The notes: a model not told the origin generated them from the sequence alone. 64,000 bases of DNA from Escherichia coli (GCF_048403405.1 NZ_CP183129.1); one strand, 5' to 3'. Shown: positions 9,437-20,437, numbered from the stretch's first letter. Numbers and translations: made by a program.

Positions 9437-10813
9437 ATGAGCGACACCTCACCTGCCATACCGGAAAGTATCGATCCGGCAAATCAGCATAAAACGCTGA
9501 CTGCCGGACAACAGGCGGTTATTAAGAAGCTATTTCGCCGCCTGATCGTCTTTCTGTTCGTGCTGTTTATCTTCTCGTTCCTTGATCGCATCAACATCGG
9601 CTTTGCCGGGCTAACGATGGGACGCGACCTCGGTCTGAGCGCCACCATGTTTGGCCTCGCCACCACCCTGTTCTATGCCGCTTATGTCATCTTCGGCATT
9701 CCCAGCAACATTATGCTGAGTATTGTCGGTGCGCGGCGCTGGATCGCCACCATCATGGTGCTCTGGGGCATCGCCTCTACGGCCACCATGTTTGCCACTG
9801 GCCCCACCAGCTTATACGTACTGCGTATACTGGTTGGCATTACCGAAGCCGGCTTTCTGCCTGGCATTCTGCTGTATTTAACCTTCTGGTTTCCGGCCTA
9901 TTTCCGCGCCCGTGCCAACGCCTTGTTTATGGTAGCAATGCCGGTAACGACAGCGCTGGGATCGATCGTTTCCGGCTACATTTTGTCGCTGGATGGCGTA
10001 ATGGCATTAAAAGGCTGGCAGTGGCTGTTTTTGCTGGAAGGCTTCCCGTCGGTATTACTCGGCGTCATGGTGTGGTTCTGGCTTGATGACTCACCGGACA
10101 AAGCTAAGTGGCTGACGAAAGAAGACAAAAAATGCCTGCAAGAGATGATGGATAACGATCGTCTGACGCTGGTTCAGCCAGAGGGAGCCATCAGTCACCA
10201 CGCCATGCAACAACGCAGCATGTGGCGGGAGATCTTCACTCCGGTGGTGATGATGTATACCCTGGCGTATTTCTGCCTGACCAACACACTTAGTGCAATC
10301 AGCATCTGGACACCGCAGATCCTACAAAGCTTTAATCAGGGCAGCAGTAATATCACCATCGGCCTGCTGGCCGCCGTACCGCAGATTTGTACCATTCTCG
10401 GGATGATCTACTGGAGCCGTCACTCAGATCGCCGCCAGGAACGAAGGCATCACACCGCCCTTCCTTATTTGTTCGCTGCCGCTGGTTGGTTACTGGCTTC
10501 GGCAACTGATCACAACATGATCCAGATGCTGGGGATCATTATGGCTTCGACCGGATCATTCAGCGCAATGGCGATTTTCTGGACAACACCGGATCAGTCC
10601 ATCAGCCTGCGGGCACGAGCGATCGGTATTGCGGTGATCAACGCCACTGGCAACATTGGTTCAGCGTTAAGTCCGTTTATGATCGGCTGGTTGAAAGATC
10701 TGACCGGCAGCTTTAACAGTGGATTGTGGTTTGTTGCCGCGCTGCTGGTGATTGGTGCGGGGATTATCTGGGCAATTCCAATGCAGTCCTCCCGTCCGCG
10801 AGCGACCCCGTAA
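9437..10813 (+). CDS. hpaX: 4-hydroxyphenylacetate permease (MFS)
   Basis: 458 aa, 12-TM MFS-type protein inside the hpa cluster. Confidence 0.9.
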   Translation: MSDTSPAIPESIDPANQHKTLTAGQQAVIKKLFRRLIVFLFVLFIFSFLDRINIGFAGLTMGRDLGLSATMFGLATTLFYAAYVIFGIPSNIMLSIVGARRWIATIMVLWGIASTATMFATGPTSLYVLRILVGITEAGFLPGILLYLTFWFPAYFRARANALFMVAMPVTTALGSIVSGYILSLDGVMALKGWQWLFLLEGFPSVLLGVMVWFWLDDSPDKAKWLTKEDKKCLQEMMDNDRLTLVQPEGAISHHAMQQRSMWREIFTPVVMMYTLAYFCLTNTLSAISIWTPQILQSFNQGSSNITIGLLAAVPQICTILGMIYWSRHSDRRQERRHHTALPYLFAAAGWLLASATDHNMIQMLGIIMASTGSFSAMAIFWTTPDQSISLRARAIGIAVINATGNIGSALSPFMIGWLKDLTGSFNSGLWFVAALLVIGAGIIWAIPMQSSRPRATP

Positions 10814-10822
10814 GGAACGACG

Positions 10823-11713
10823 ATGTGTGACCGTCAGATTGCCAATATTGATATCAGCAAAGAGTACGATGAAAGCCTGGGCACGGACGATGTGCATTAT
10901 CAGTCCTTCGCCCGCATGGCGGCATTTTTTGGCCGCCATATGCTGCCACATCGCCACGAACAGTACTTTCAGATGCATTTCCTCAATAGCGGACAGATTG
11001 AGCTACAGCTTGACGATCATCGCTACTCGGTGGAAGCGCCCCTGTTTGTCCTGACGCCGCCGTCAGTACCTCATGCGTTTATTACGGAGTCTGACGCCGA
11101 CGGTCATGTGTTGACGGTACGGGAAGATCTGATCTGGCCCCTGCTGGAAGTTCTTTATCCGGGCACTCGGGAAACCTTCGGCCTGCCGGGGATTTGCCTG
11201 TCACTGGCAGATAAACCCGACGAACTGGCAGCGCTGGAACACTATTGGCAACTGATAGAGCGGGAATCGGTGGAACAACTGCCTGGACGGGAACACACCC
11301 TGACGTTACTGGCACAGGCAGTATTCACCCTACTGCTGCGTAACGCAAAACTCGACGACCATGCCGCCAGCGGGATGCGCGGAGAATTAAAACTGTTCCA
11401 GCGTTTTAATATGCTGATTGAAAGCCATTTTCATCAGCACTGGACAGTACCGGATTACGCTAACGAACTGCATATCACCGAATCACGTCTCACGGACATC
11501 TGCCGCCGCTTTGCCAACCGTCCGCCAAAACGGTTGATTTTCGACAGGCAGCTGCGAGAAGCCAAGCGGCTGCTGCTGTTTTCTGATAACGCCGTGAACA
11601 ATATTGCCTGGCAACTCGGTTTTAAGGATCCGGCTTATTTTGCGCGCTTTTTTAATCGTTTAGTCGGTTGCTCGCCCAGTGCTTATCGTGCCAAAAAAGT
11701 ACCTGTGACGTGA
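10823..11713 (+). CDS. hpaA: AraC/XylS-family activator of hpaBC
   Basis: 296 aa; C-terminal AraC-type helix-turn-helix (IAWQLGFKDPAYFARFFNRLVGCSPSAYR). Confidence 0.85.
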   Translation: MCDRQIANIDISKEYDESLGTDDVHYQSFARMAAFFGRHMLPHRHEQYFQMHFLNSGQIELQLDDHRYSVEAPLFVLTPPSVPHAFITESDADGHVLTVREDLIWPLLEVLYPGTRETFGLPGICLSLADKPDELAALEHYWQLIERESVEQLPGREHTLTLLAQAVFTLLLRNAKLDDHAASGMRGELKLFQRFNMLIESHFHQHWTVPDYANELHITESRLTDICRRFANRPPKRLIFDRQLREAKRLLLFSDNAVNNIAWQLGFKDPAYFARFFNRLVGCSPSAYRAKKVPVT

Positions 11714-11963
11714 AAATCCCTTAGCCTTAACGGGAAACCAGGCACCACCTGCTATTCCCCTTTCTCCGCCTGGAGCAAGGGGATTTAGTAACGTCAAAAA
11801 TCGCTAAAAGCGACCTCGATCACAAAACCGTACCCGACCTGAAAAGTACCAGCCATTGTCCCAAAAGTGTCTTCCCGTAATCGCCCCTTCAAGCTTCAAT
11901 TGAATAACAAAAACAACACACAAAATTAACAATCGTATTCCGATTAATACTGTAGAGGTCGAC

Positions 11964-13526
11964 ATGAAACCAGAAGATTTCCGCGCCAGTACCCAACGTC
12001 CGTTCACCGGGGAAGAGTATCTGAAAAGCCTGCAGGATGGTCGCGAGATCTATATCTATGGCGAGCGAGTGAAAGACGTCACCACTCATCCGGCATTTCG
12101 TAATGCGGCAGCGTCTGTTGCCCAACTGTACGACGCGCTGCACAAACCGGAGATGCAGGACTCTCTGTGTTGGAACACCGACACCGGCAGCGGCGGCTAT
12201 ACCCATAAATTCTTCCGCGTGGCGAAAAGTGCCGACGACCTGCGCCAGCAACGCGACGCCATCGCTGAGTGGTCACGCCTGAGCTATGGCTGGATGGGCC
12301 GTACCCCAGACTACAAAGCCGCTTTCGGTTGCGCACTGGGCGCGAATCCGGGCTTTTACGGTCAGTTCGAGCAGAACGCCCGTAACTGGTACACCCGTAT
12401 TCAGGAAACTGGCCTCTACTTTAACCACGCGATTGTTAACCCACCGATCGATCGTCATTTGCCGACCGATAAAGTGAAAGACGTTTACATCAAACTGGAA
12501 AAAGAGACTGACGCCGGGATTATCGTCAGCGGTGCGAAAGTGGTTGCCACCAACTCGGCGCTGACTCACTACAACATGATTGGCTTCGGCTCGGCACAAG
12601 TGATGGGCGAAAACCCGGACTTCGCACTGATGTTCGTTGCGCCAATGGATGCCGATGGCGTGAAATTAATCTCCCGCGCCTCTTATGAGATGGTCGCGGG
12701 TGCTACCGGCTCCCCGTACGACTACCCGCTCTCCAGCCGCTTCGATGAGAACGATGCGATTCTGGTGATGGATAACGTGCTGATCCCATGGGAAAACGTG
12801 CTGATCTACCGCGATTTTGATCGCTGCCGTCGCTGGACGATGGAAGGCGGTTTCGCCCGTATGTATCCGCTGCAAGCCTGTGTACGCCTGGCAGTGAAAC
12901 TCGACTTCATTACGGCACTGCTGAAAAAATCACTCGAATGTACCGGCACCCTGGAGTTCCGTGGTGTGCAGGCCGATCTCGGTGAAGTGGTGGCGTGGCG
13001 CAACACCTTCTGGGCATTGAGTGACTCGATGTGTTCAGAAGCGACACCATGGGTCAACGGTGCTTATTTACCGGATCATGCCGCACTGCAAACCTATCGC
13101 GTACTGGCACCAATGGCCTACGCGAAGATCAAAAACATTATCGAACGCAACGTTACCAGTGGCCTGATCTATCTCCCTTCCAGTGCCCGTGACCTGAACA
13201 ATCCGCAGATCGACCAGTATCTGGCGAAGTATGTGCGCGGTTCGAATGGTATGGATCACGTCCAGCGCATCAAGATCCTCAAACTGATGTGGGATGCCAT
13301 TGGCAGCGAGTTTGGTGGTCGTCACGAGCTGTATGAAATCAACTACTCCGGTAGCCAGGATGAGATTCGCCTGCAGTGTCTGCGCCAGGCACAAAGCTCC
13401 GGCAATATGGACAAGATGATGGCGATGGTTGATCGCTGCCTGTCGGAATACGACCAGAACGGCTGGACTGTGCCGCACCTGCACAACAACGACGATATCA
13501 ACATGCTGGATAAGCTGCTGAAATAA
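11964..13526 (+). CDS. hpaB: 4-hydroxyphenylacetate 3-monooxygenase, oxygenase component
   Basis: 520 aa beginning MKPEDFRASTQRPFTGEEYLKSL; recognised as HpaB. Confidence 0.95.
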   Translation: MKPEDFRASTQRPFTGEEYLKSLQDGREIYIYGERVKDVTTHPAFRNAAASVAQLYDALHKPEMQDSLCWNTDTGSGGYTHKFFRVAKSADDLRQQRDAIAEWSRLSYGWMGRTPDYKAAFGCALGANPGFYGQFEQNARNWYTRIQETGLYFNHAIVNPPIDRHLPTDKVKDVYIKLEKETDAGIIVSGAKVVATNSALTHYNMIGFGSAQVMGENPDFALMFVAPMDADGVKLISRASYEMVAGATGSPYDYPLSSRFDENDAILVMDNVLIPWENVLIYRDFDRCRRWTMEGGFARMYPLQACVRLAVKLDFITALLKKSLECTGTLEFRGVQADLGEVVAWRNTFWALSDSMCSEATPWVNGAYLPDHAALQTYRVLAPMAYAKIKNIIERNVTSGLIYLPSSARDLNNPQIDQYLAKYVRGSNGMDHVQRIKILKLMWDAIGSEFGGRHELYEINYSGSQDEIRLQCLRQAQSSGNMDKMMAMVDRCLSEYDQNGWTVPHLHNNDDINMLDKLLK

Positions 13527-13543
13527 CGCAGCAGGAGGTTAAG

Positions 13544-14056
13544 ATGCAATTAGATGAACAACGCCTGCGCTTTCGTGACGCGATGGCCAGCCTGTCGGCA
13601 GCGGTAAATATTATCACCACCGAGGGCGACGCCGGACAATGCGGGATTACGGCAACGGCCGTCTGCTCGGTCACGGATACACCACCATCGCTGATGGTGT
13701 GCATTAACGCCAACAGTGCGATGAACCCGGTTTTTCAGGGCAACGGCAAGTTGTGCGTCAACGTCCTCAACCATGAGCAGGAACTGATGGCACGCCACTT
13801 CGCGGGCATGACGGGCATGGCGATGGAAGAGCGTTTTAGCCTCTCATGCTGGCAAAAAGGTCCGCTGGCGCAGCCGGTGCTGAAAGGTTCGCTGGCCAGT
13901 CTTGAAGGTGAGATCCGCGATGTGCAGGCAATTGGCACACATCTGGTGTATCTGGTGGAGATTAAAAACATCATCCTCAGTGCAGAAGGTCACGGACTTA
14001 TCTACTTTAAACGCCGTTTCCATCCGGTGATGCTGGAAATGGAAGCTGCGATTTAA
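13544..14056 (+). CDS. hpaC: 4-hydroxyphenylacetate 3-monooxygenase, NAD(P)H-flavin reductase component
   Basis: 170 aa flavin reductase directly downstream of hpaB. Confidence 0.9.
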   Translation: MQLDEQRLRFRDAMASLSAAVNIITTEGDAGQCGITATAVCSVTDTPPSLMVCINANSAMNPVFQGNGKLCVNVLNHEQELMARHFAGMTGMAMEERFSLSCWQKGPLAQPVLKGSLASLEGEIRDVQAIGTHLVYLVEIKNIILSAEGHGLIYFKRRFHPVMLEMEAAI

Positions 14057-14062
14057 GCTCCA

Positions 14063-14097
14063 GCCCCTTCACGCATTCGTCGAAGGGGCATTTTTAT
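14063..14097 (+). terminator. Rho-independent terminator after hpaC
   Basis: Stem gcccctTC / GAaggggc with a 11-nt loop, followed by TTTTTATT. Confidence 0.6.
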
Positions 14098-14141
14098 TGT
14101 GATCTCAATCACATATCCACCCGATGAATAATTCTTGCCCA

Positions 14142-14170
14142 ACCGCTCACCGCCATTCCTGACCGCTTAC
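14142..14170 (+). promoter_or_regulatory. Direct repeat ACCGCTCA-N13-ACCGCTTA, candidate BtsR (YehT) response-regulator site upstream of btsT
   Basis: Two copies of the ACC(G/A)CT(C/T)A motif with a 13-bp spacer, about 280 bp upstream of the btsT start; matches the LytTR-type BtsR site as I recall it. Confidence 0.5.
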
Positions 14171-14448
14171 GTCCCTAAAATAACCACTCAGTTATTTACC
14201 TTACTTTACGCGCGCGTAACTCTGGCAACATCACTGCAGGATAGCGGTCAATTTACCTCCTCAAACGCAACGCAAACCTAGAACGGCTTCGGCCTATGAT
14301 TAACAAATTACTCTATGGATTTTGGTTTGCAGGAAGGCAGCAAGTGAGTGAATCCCCGGGAGCTTACAACAGTAAGTGACAGGGGTGAACGAACGCAGCT
14401 GCCGCACCTGTAAGCCAAAAGACGACGAGTAAAATGCCAGGTTTTACT

Positions 14449-16599
14449 ATGGATACGAAAAAACTATTCAAGCACATACCCTGGGTGATTCTCGGAATCA
14501 TCGGTGCATTCTGCCTCGCGGTAGTTGCATTACGTCGGGGGGAGCACGTCAGCGCCCTGTGGATCGTGGTCGCCTCTGTGTCGGTGTATCTGGTGGCGTA
14601 TCGCTACTACAGTCTGTACATCGCCCAGAAGGTGATGAAACTCGACCCCACGCGCGCGACGCCTGCGGTTATTAACAACGACGGTCTGAACTACGTTCCG
14701 ACCAACCGTTACGTGTTGTTTGGTCACCACTTCGCCGCTATCGCCGGTGCTGGTCCGCTGGTCGGTCCGGTTCTCGCCGCACAGATGGGCTACCTGCCTG
14801 GCACGCTGTGGCTGCTGGCGGGGGTAGTGCTGGCCGGTGCGGTACAGGACTTTATGGTGCTGTTTATCTCCTCTCGCCGTAACGGCGCATCTCTCGGTGA
14901 GATGATCAAAGAAGAGATGGGACCAGTACCGGGGACTATCGCGCTGTTTGGCTGTTTCTTAATCATGATCATCATCCTCGCCGTTCTGGCGCTGATTGTG
15001 GTTAAAGCCCTGGCCGAAAGTCCGTGGGGTGTCTTCACCGTTTGCTCAACCGTACCAATTGCGCTGTTTATGGGTATCTACATGCGCTTTATCCGTCCGG
15101 GGCGTGTGGGTGAAGTCTCTGTCATTGGTATCGTGCTGCTGGTTGCCTCTATCTACTTCGGTGGCGTGATTGCTCACGATCCGTACTGGGGTCCGGCACT
15201 GACCTTTAAAGACACCACCATTACCTTCGCGCTGATTGGCTATGCGTTTGTTTCCGCGCTGCTGCCGGTGTGGCTGATCCTCGCACCACGCGACTATCTG
15301 GCAACCTTCCTGAAAATCGGCGTTATCGTCGGCCTGGCGCTGGGTATCGTGGTGCTGAACCCGGAACTGAAAATGCCTGCGATGACCCAGTACATTGACG
15401 GTACTGGCCCGCTGTGGAAAGGCGCTCTGTTCCCGTTCCTGTTCATCACCATCGCCTGTGGTGCGGTATCTGGCTTCCACGCACTGATCTCTTCCGGTAC
15501 GACGCCGAAACTGCTGGCTAACGAAACCGACGCGCGTTTCATTGGCTACGGCGCAATGCTGATGGAGTCCTTCGTGGCGATTATGGCGCTGGTTGCTGCG
15601 TCCATCATCGAACCGGGTCTTTACTTCGCGATGAACACCCCGCCTGCTGGCCTTGGCATCACCATGCCTAACCTGCATGAAATGGGTGGCGAGAACGCGC
15701 CGATCATCATGGCGCAGCTGAAAGACGTTACCGCACACGCGGCAGCGACCGTCAGCTCCTGGGGCTTCGTGATTTCGCCAGAGCAGATCCTGCAAACCGC
15801 GAAAGACATTGGTGAGCCTTCTGTCCTGAACCGTGCAGGTGGTGCGCCGACGCTGGCGGTAGGTATCGCTCACGTGTTCCACAAAGTGCTGCCGATGGCT
15901 GACATGGGCTTCTGGTATCACTTCGGTATTCTGTTCGAAGCCCTGTTCATCCTGACCGCGCTGGATGCGGGTACTCGTTCTGGCCGCTTTATGCTGCAAG
16001 ACCTGCTGGGTAACTTCATCCCGTTCCTGAAAAAAACCGACTCTCTGGTTGCTGGTATCATCGGTACTGCGGGCTGTGTGGGTCTGTGGGGCTACCTGCT
16101 GTATCAGGGCGTGGTCGATCCGCTGGGCGGCGTTAAGAGCCTGTGGCCGCTGTTCGGTATCTCCAACCAGATGCTGGCAGCCGTGGCGCTGGTACTGGGT
16201 ACCGTTGTGCTGATTAAGATGAAGCGCACCCAATACATCTGGGTAACTGTTGTTCCGGCTGTATGGCTGCTTATCTGCACCACCTGGGCGCTGGGTCTGA
16301 AACTGTTCAGTACCAACCCGCAGATGGAAGGCTTCTTCTACATGGCAAGCCAGTACAAAGAGAAGATTGCTAACGGTACTGACCTGACGGCGCAGCAGAT
16401 TGCCAACATGAACCACATCGTTGTGAACAACTACACCAACGCAGGCCTGAGTATTCTGTTCCTGATTGTGGTGTACAGCATCATCTTCTACGGTTTCAAA
16501 ACTTGGCTTGCGGTGCGTAACAGCGACAAACGTACTGACAAAGAAACACCGTACGTTCCAATCCCGGAAGGCGGCGTGAAGATCTCTTCGCACCACTAA
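14449..16599 (+). CDS. btsT: CstA-family pyruvate/H+ symporter (carbon starvation protein A paralogue)
   Basis: 716 aa from ATG 14449 (MDTKKLFKHIPWVILG...); the ORF track begins 5 codons earlier; polytopic membrane protein recognised as YjiY/BtsT. Confidence 0.9.
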   Translation: MDTKKLFKHIPWVILGIIGAFCLAVVALRRGEHVSALWIVVASVSVYLVAYRYYSLYIAQKVMKLDPTRATPAVINNDGLNYVPTNRYVLFGHHFAAIAGAGPLVGPVLAAQMGYLPGTLWLLAGVVLAGAVQDFMVLFISSRRNGASLGEMIKEEMGPVPGTIALFGCFLIMIIILAVLALIVVKALAESPWGVFTVCSTVPIALFMGIYMRFIRPGRVGEVSVIGIVLLVASIYFGGVIAHDPYWGPALTFKDTTITFALIGYAFVSALLPVWLILAPRDYLATFLKIGVIVGLALGIVVLNPELKMPAMTQYIDGTGPLWKGALFPFLFITIACGAVSGFHALISSGTTPKLLANETDARFIGYGAMLMESFVAIMALVAASIIEPGLYFAMNTPPAGLGITMPNLHEMGGENAPIIMAQLKDVTAHAAATVSSWGFVISPEQILQTAKDIGEPSVLNRAGGAPTLAVGIAHVFHKVLPMADMGFWYHFGILFEALFILTALDAGTRSGRFMLQDLLGNFIPFLKKTDSLVAGIIGTAGCVGLWGYLLYQGVVDPLGGVKSLWPLFGISNQMLAAVALVLGTVVLIKMKRTQYIWVTVVPAVWLLICTTWALGLKLFSTNPQMEGFFYMASQYKEKIANGTDLTAQQIANMNHIVVNNYTNAGLSILFLIVVYSIIFYGFKTWLAVRNSDKRTDKETPYVPIPEGGVKISSHH

Positions 16600-16607
16600 C
16601 CGTGTTT

Positions 16608-16635
16608 AGCCCCGCTTCGGCGGGGCTTTGTTCTT
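16608..16635 (+). terminator. Rho-independent terminator after btsT
   Basis: agccccgc-ttcg-gcggggct hairpin followed by TTGTTCTT. Confidence 0.6.
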
Positions 16636-16648
16636 ATCAGAGTGAACT

Positions 16649-16852
16649 ATGTTTGGTAACTTAGGACAGGCAAAAAAATATCTCGGCCAGGCGGCGAAGA
16701 TGTTGATTGGCATTCCAGACTACGACAACTACGTCGAGCATATGAAGACCAACCATCCCGACAAGCCGTACATGAGCTATGAAGAATTCTTCCGCGAACG
16801 CCAGAATGCACGCTACGGCGGCGATGGTAAAGGCGGTATGCGCTGTTGTTAA
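16649..16852 (+). CDS. yjiX: Small DUF466-family protein associated with CstA-family transporters
   Basis: 67 aa ([19 protein letters not shown]...) immediately downstream of btsT. Confidence 0.85.
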
Positions 16853-16862
16853 TGGAGAGAGC

Positions 16863-17819
16863 ATGAACCCGATTGCAGTTACCCTACTCACCGGTTTTTT
16901 AGGCGCGGGCAAAACCACCCTGCTGCGCCATATTCTTAACGAACAACACGGCTACAAGATTGCCGTGATTGAAAACGAATTCGGCGAAGTCTCCGTTGAT
17001 GATCAACTGATTGGCGACCGCGCCACGCAGATCAAAACGCTGACCAACGGCTGCATCTGCTGTTCGCGCTCCAACGAGCTGGAAGACGCACTACTCGACC
17101 TGCTGGATAATCTCGACAAGGGCAATATTCAGTTCGACCGTCTGGTCATTGAATGCACCGGCATGGCCGATCCCGGCCCGATTATTCAGACCTTTTTCTC
17201 CCATGAGATTTTATGCCAGCGCTACCTGCTGGACGGGGTGATTGCGCTGGTGGATGCGGTACATGCCGATGAGCAGATGAACCAGTTCACCATCGCCCAG
17301 TCCCAGGTTGGCTACGCCGACCGTATTCTGCTGACTAAAACCGACGTCGCAGGCGAAGCAGAGAAACTGCGTGAACGCCTGGCGCGCATCAACGCCCGTG
17401 CACCGGTCTACACCGTCACCCACGGCGATATCGACCTGGGCCTGCTATTCAACACCAACGGTTTTATGCTGGAAGAGAACGTGGTCAGCACCAAGCCACG
17501 TTTCCACTTTATCGCGGACAAACAAAACGATATTTCGTCGATTGTGGTGGAACTGGATTACCCGGTAGATATCAGCGAAGTTTCCCGGGTGATGGAAAAC
17601 CTGCTGCTGGAATCGGCGGATAAACTGCTGCGTTACAAAGGGATGCTGTGGATTGACGGCGAACCTAACCGCCTGCTGTTCCAGGGCGTCCAGCGCCTCT
17701 ACAGCGCCGACTGGGACAGGCCATGGGGCGATGAAACACCGCATAGCACGATGGTGTTTATCGGGATTCAGTTGCCGGAGGATGAGATTCGGGCGGCGTT
17801 TGCGGGACTCAAAAAGTAA
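16863..17819 (+). CDS. yjiA: COG0523-family P-loop GTPase (zinc-associated metallochaperone-like)
   Basis: 318 aa from ATG 16863; Walker A GFLGAGKTT and CxCC motif (GCICCS); the ORF-track start at 16779 is an upstream extension. Confidence 0.9.
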   Translation: MNPIAVTLLTGFLGAGKTTLLRHILNEQHGYKIAVIENEFGEVSVDDQLIGDRATQIKTLTNGCICCSRSNELEDALLDLLDNLDKGNIQFDRLVIECTGMADPGPIIQTFFSHEILCQRYLLDGVIALVDAVHADEQMNQFTIAQSQVGYADRILLTKTDVAGEAEKLRERLARINARAPVYTVTHGDIDLGLLFNTNGFMLEENVVSTKPRFHFIADKQNDISSIVVELDYPVDISEVSRVMENLLLESADKLLRYKGMLWIDGEPNRLLFQGVQRLYSADWDRPWGDETPHSTMVFIGIQLPEDEIRAAFAGLKK

Positions 17820-17856
17820 CCAGCCCTCCAACATCACAATACCTGAGACTTTATCA

Positions 17857-17883
17857 CCCTCATATTCCTCCAGAATATGAGGG
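17857..17883. terminator. Hairpin terminator between convergent yjiA and pac
   Basis: ccctcatattc-ctcca-gaatatgaggg perfect 11-bp stem. Confidence 0.5.
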
Positions 17884-17896
17884 CTTTCGGGCTTAA

Positions 17897-20437
17897 TTAT
17901 CTCTGAACGTGCAACACTTCCTGCGACTCCTTATGCGCCTCCACATCCTGCTTCGTTAACCAGAGCGACTTACGGCCAAAATTTTCGTACATTTTCAGCT
18001 GATCTTCATAGTGCTTATCAACTGTTCCATCGGGAGCAATAAACCCACTCTGACCGGGTGCGACCACATCCCAGGCAAGCACAGGACGATCGCTTGTCGT
18101 TGGTGAGAAAACAATCATATCGTTTTCTGTTCCACGGTTTTGATACTCCGCCTGATGACGCGTTTCTTCCGCTGCGGCCTGCGGTACACCAAAGAAATTA
18201 TTTGCCCGGAACGTTAAGGCCATTGCAGGTGTTTTCCAGTTACTCACATTATTGCCATAGCGTTTGGAAAGAGTCTCCCAGGTATCTTCCAGCGCAGCCA
18301 ACACAACCTCCTGCTGTGGTTTCCCAGCAAACAGATCAACCGCCTGTGGGATTGGTGATTTGTCTCCCTGCACCGCCTCATACAAAATTTTTGCTCCAAC
18401 ACTTATATTCAGCGAACCAGTTGGGCCGTCCTGGGTTGTTTCGTAGCCACTGGCGCTGTACCACTTATCAAATGGCATAGGTACGGCAGCCACTACGGTA
18501 CGCTTCAACATACTGGTCAGCCAAACGTTCAGGATGGCAGAGCCTGGCTGCTGCCAGGTTTTACCATCATCATTAAGCAAATTGATGCCATCCCAACGTG
18601 TTAATGTTTCTACCAACTGACGACGCGGATCGCTCTGTGTCAAACCAGATGTCGCTGCTTGCAGAGTAGGTAAAAAAAGCCTCAGGTTAAGATCCTGACG
18701 ACTGGTTTGGCGAATAACATCCCATGCCTGATCAGCAGTTAAGCGTGGCTTTTGCTCAAGCAGTCGGTCGATCTCCGTAACGCGATCTGCACCACCCCAC
18801 AAAAAGGCAAACAGATCTGAAGCGGGATAATCTTTTTGGGGAGAATTGTTCCAGTTAGCAATATATCCCGACTGGGGGTTATACACCTTAGGGTTCATTT
18901 CAAAAGGCAATAGCCCTTTCCAGTCCCATTTTCCCGTACCAGGAACGGGTAATCGCGGATCATGGCCTGATTGACGATCTGGATAAGCACCAGTATGAAC
19001 ATAACCAATATTGCCGTTTACATCAGCATAGTACCAGTTGATGGTCAGTGCTTGTTTCGCTGCCTGCTGTGTCCACTCCTGCCAATTTTTGGCCTTCATC
19101 TGATGAGTCCAGGCCAGCAAAGACGCCACCTCTTTACCATCCCATGCGCGGGATTTAGCGTAAGCCGTTTGTGTCGTCTGGTCAGTTTGGAGAATGTTGC
19201 CATGCACCGTACGCCAGACAGTAAAGGTCTCTGCCTGACCATTTTTCACCGTAATGGTTTCCTCACGGCTTAACATTTTCACCCACTTACCATTATGCAA
19301 GTAGTAGCCTGGTTTCTCTGCCGACAGCCGTTCAGCAAAAATATCGACATCATCGCCGAAACCTGCCGTTGATCCCCAGGAAATCACACCATTATGACCA
19401 AAAACCAGCCCAGGATAGGCAAATGGTGTATTGCCAGTGACATCATAACCAGCACCGTGCAGACCAATACCATAAGTATACGCAGGCGCATACCAGCCAA
19501 ACTGCGGACCATTTACCATGATTGCTTTCGCATCCTGGGCTTTGCTTTTGCCGATCACCCACATATTGCTGGTCGTTGGATACCCCGCCAGACCATTGGC
19601 ACCACCCTGTGCAAATTGTGCAGCAATAGTTTCCCGGTTCTTCCCTGCTGTTAACGCCAGCAGTGCGCCATCCGCCCCTTTTGCTGGTCGGTCAAGCATT
19701 GGTGCAGGTAAATCGTAGCGTGGCAACAGAGCTGCTGTTTGCGAGTTTTGCTGATTAAATTTAAGTGGGTAGTTACTCTCTTGTACGGCAATAGTGGTTG
19801 GCGCTGATGGGTTTACCAGCCATTTCAACTGATTAAATACCGCCATGCCTTGTGATACACCATATTTATCTTTTAAAGCCGTTAGCAGTGCCAGATTATC
19901 AATTTCGCTAGTGCTATCAGAGAAGCGGTTTGCCATGGTGCCCACAAATATCATCGCGACATCAAACGGTTCCCAGCGCTTAGGAGTAAAGCCAAATGTA
20001 TTAAACTGTTTTGGTAAGAGCGTCTCTGGATTGGTATTTACCTTATCAATCCAGGCATTCATTCCATCAGCGTAGCCTTGCAGAATGGACATATCCTCTG
20101 GGGAAAGGGCAGCAATTTGCGCCCGGATAGCATCCGGCCAGTAGTTACGACGGATATCTTTATCAAATTTCACAAAATCTTTGCCAAGCACTTCCGCGAC
20201 AGTCCCTTGAGTACTGCGACGTGCCATTTCCATCTGAAAAAGGCGATCTTGTGCTACTACATAGCCATAGCCATAAAATAGGTGCCATGTATCATTGGCA
20301 TAAATATGCGGCATGCCGTATTCATCGCGAACAATCTTTATCTCACTTGACGACTGCTCAGCCAGTGCAGGTAAGCTCCAATAATACATCAGGGAAGCAG
20401 TAACACAGTTCACGATCATACGATTTCTATTTTTCAT
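17897..20437 (-). CDS. pac: Penicillin G acylase precursor (Ntn hydrolase; signal peptide, alpha subunit, spacer, beta subunit)
   Basis: 846 aa; signal peptide; beta-subunit N-terminal nucleophile motif SNMWVIGKS; recognised as E. coli penicillin amidase. Confidence 0.9.
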   Translation of the reverse strand: MKNRNRMIVNCVTASLMYYWSLPALAEQSSSEIKIVRDEYGMPHIYANDTWHLFYGYGYVVAQDRLFQMEMARRSTQGTVAEVLGKDFVKFDKDIRRNYWPDAIRAQIAALSPEDMSILQGYADGMNAWIDKVNTNPETLLPKQFNTFGFTPKRWEPFDVAMIFVGTMANRFSDSTSEIDNLALLTALKDKYGVSQGMAVFNQLKWLVNPSAPTTIAVQESNYPLKFNQQNSQTAALLPRYDLPAPMLDRPAKGADGALLALTAGKNRETIAAQFAQGGANGLAGYPTTSNMWVIGKSKAQDAKAIMVNGPQFGWYAPAYTYGIGLHGAGYDVTGNTPFAYPGLVFGHNGVISWGSTAGFGDDVDIFAERLSAEKPGYYLHNGKWVKMLSREETITVKNGQAETFTVWRTVHGNILQTDQTTQTAYAKSRAWDGKEVASLLAWTHQMKAKNWQEWTQQAAKQALTINWYYADVNGNIGYVHTGAYPDRQSGHDPRLPVPGTGKWDWKGLLPFEMNPKVYNPQSGYIANWNNSPQKDYPASDLFAFLWGGADRVTEIDRLLEQKPRLTADQAWDVIRQTSRQDLNLRLFLPTLQAATSGLTQSDPRRQLVETLTRWDGINLLNDDGKTWQQPGSAILNVWLTSMLKRTVVAAVPMPFDKWYSASGYETTQDGPTGSLNISVGAKILYEAVQGDKSPIPQAVDLFAGKPQQEVVLAALEDTWETLSKRYGNNVSNWKTPAMALTFRANNFFGVPQAAAEETRHQAEYQNRGTENDMIVFSPTTSDRPVLAWDVVAPGQSGFIAPDGTVDKHYEDQLKMYENFGRKSLWLTKQDVEAHKESQEVLHVQR

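Noticed and set aside
15046-16596. 516-aa minus-strand ORF antisense to btsT
   Set aside because: Completely embedded in btsT; translation is Arg/His/Gln-rich with no domain features; classic long antisense open frame.
16779-16862. N-terminal extension of the yjiA ORF overlapping yjiX
   Set aside because: The extension runs through the yjiX coding region; ATG 16863 gives the 318-aa GTPase with its Walker A motif near the N-terminus.
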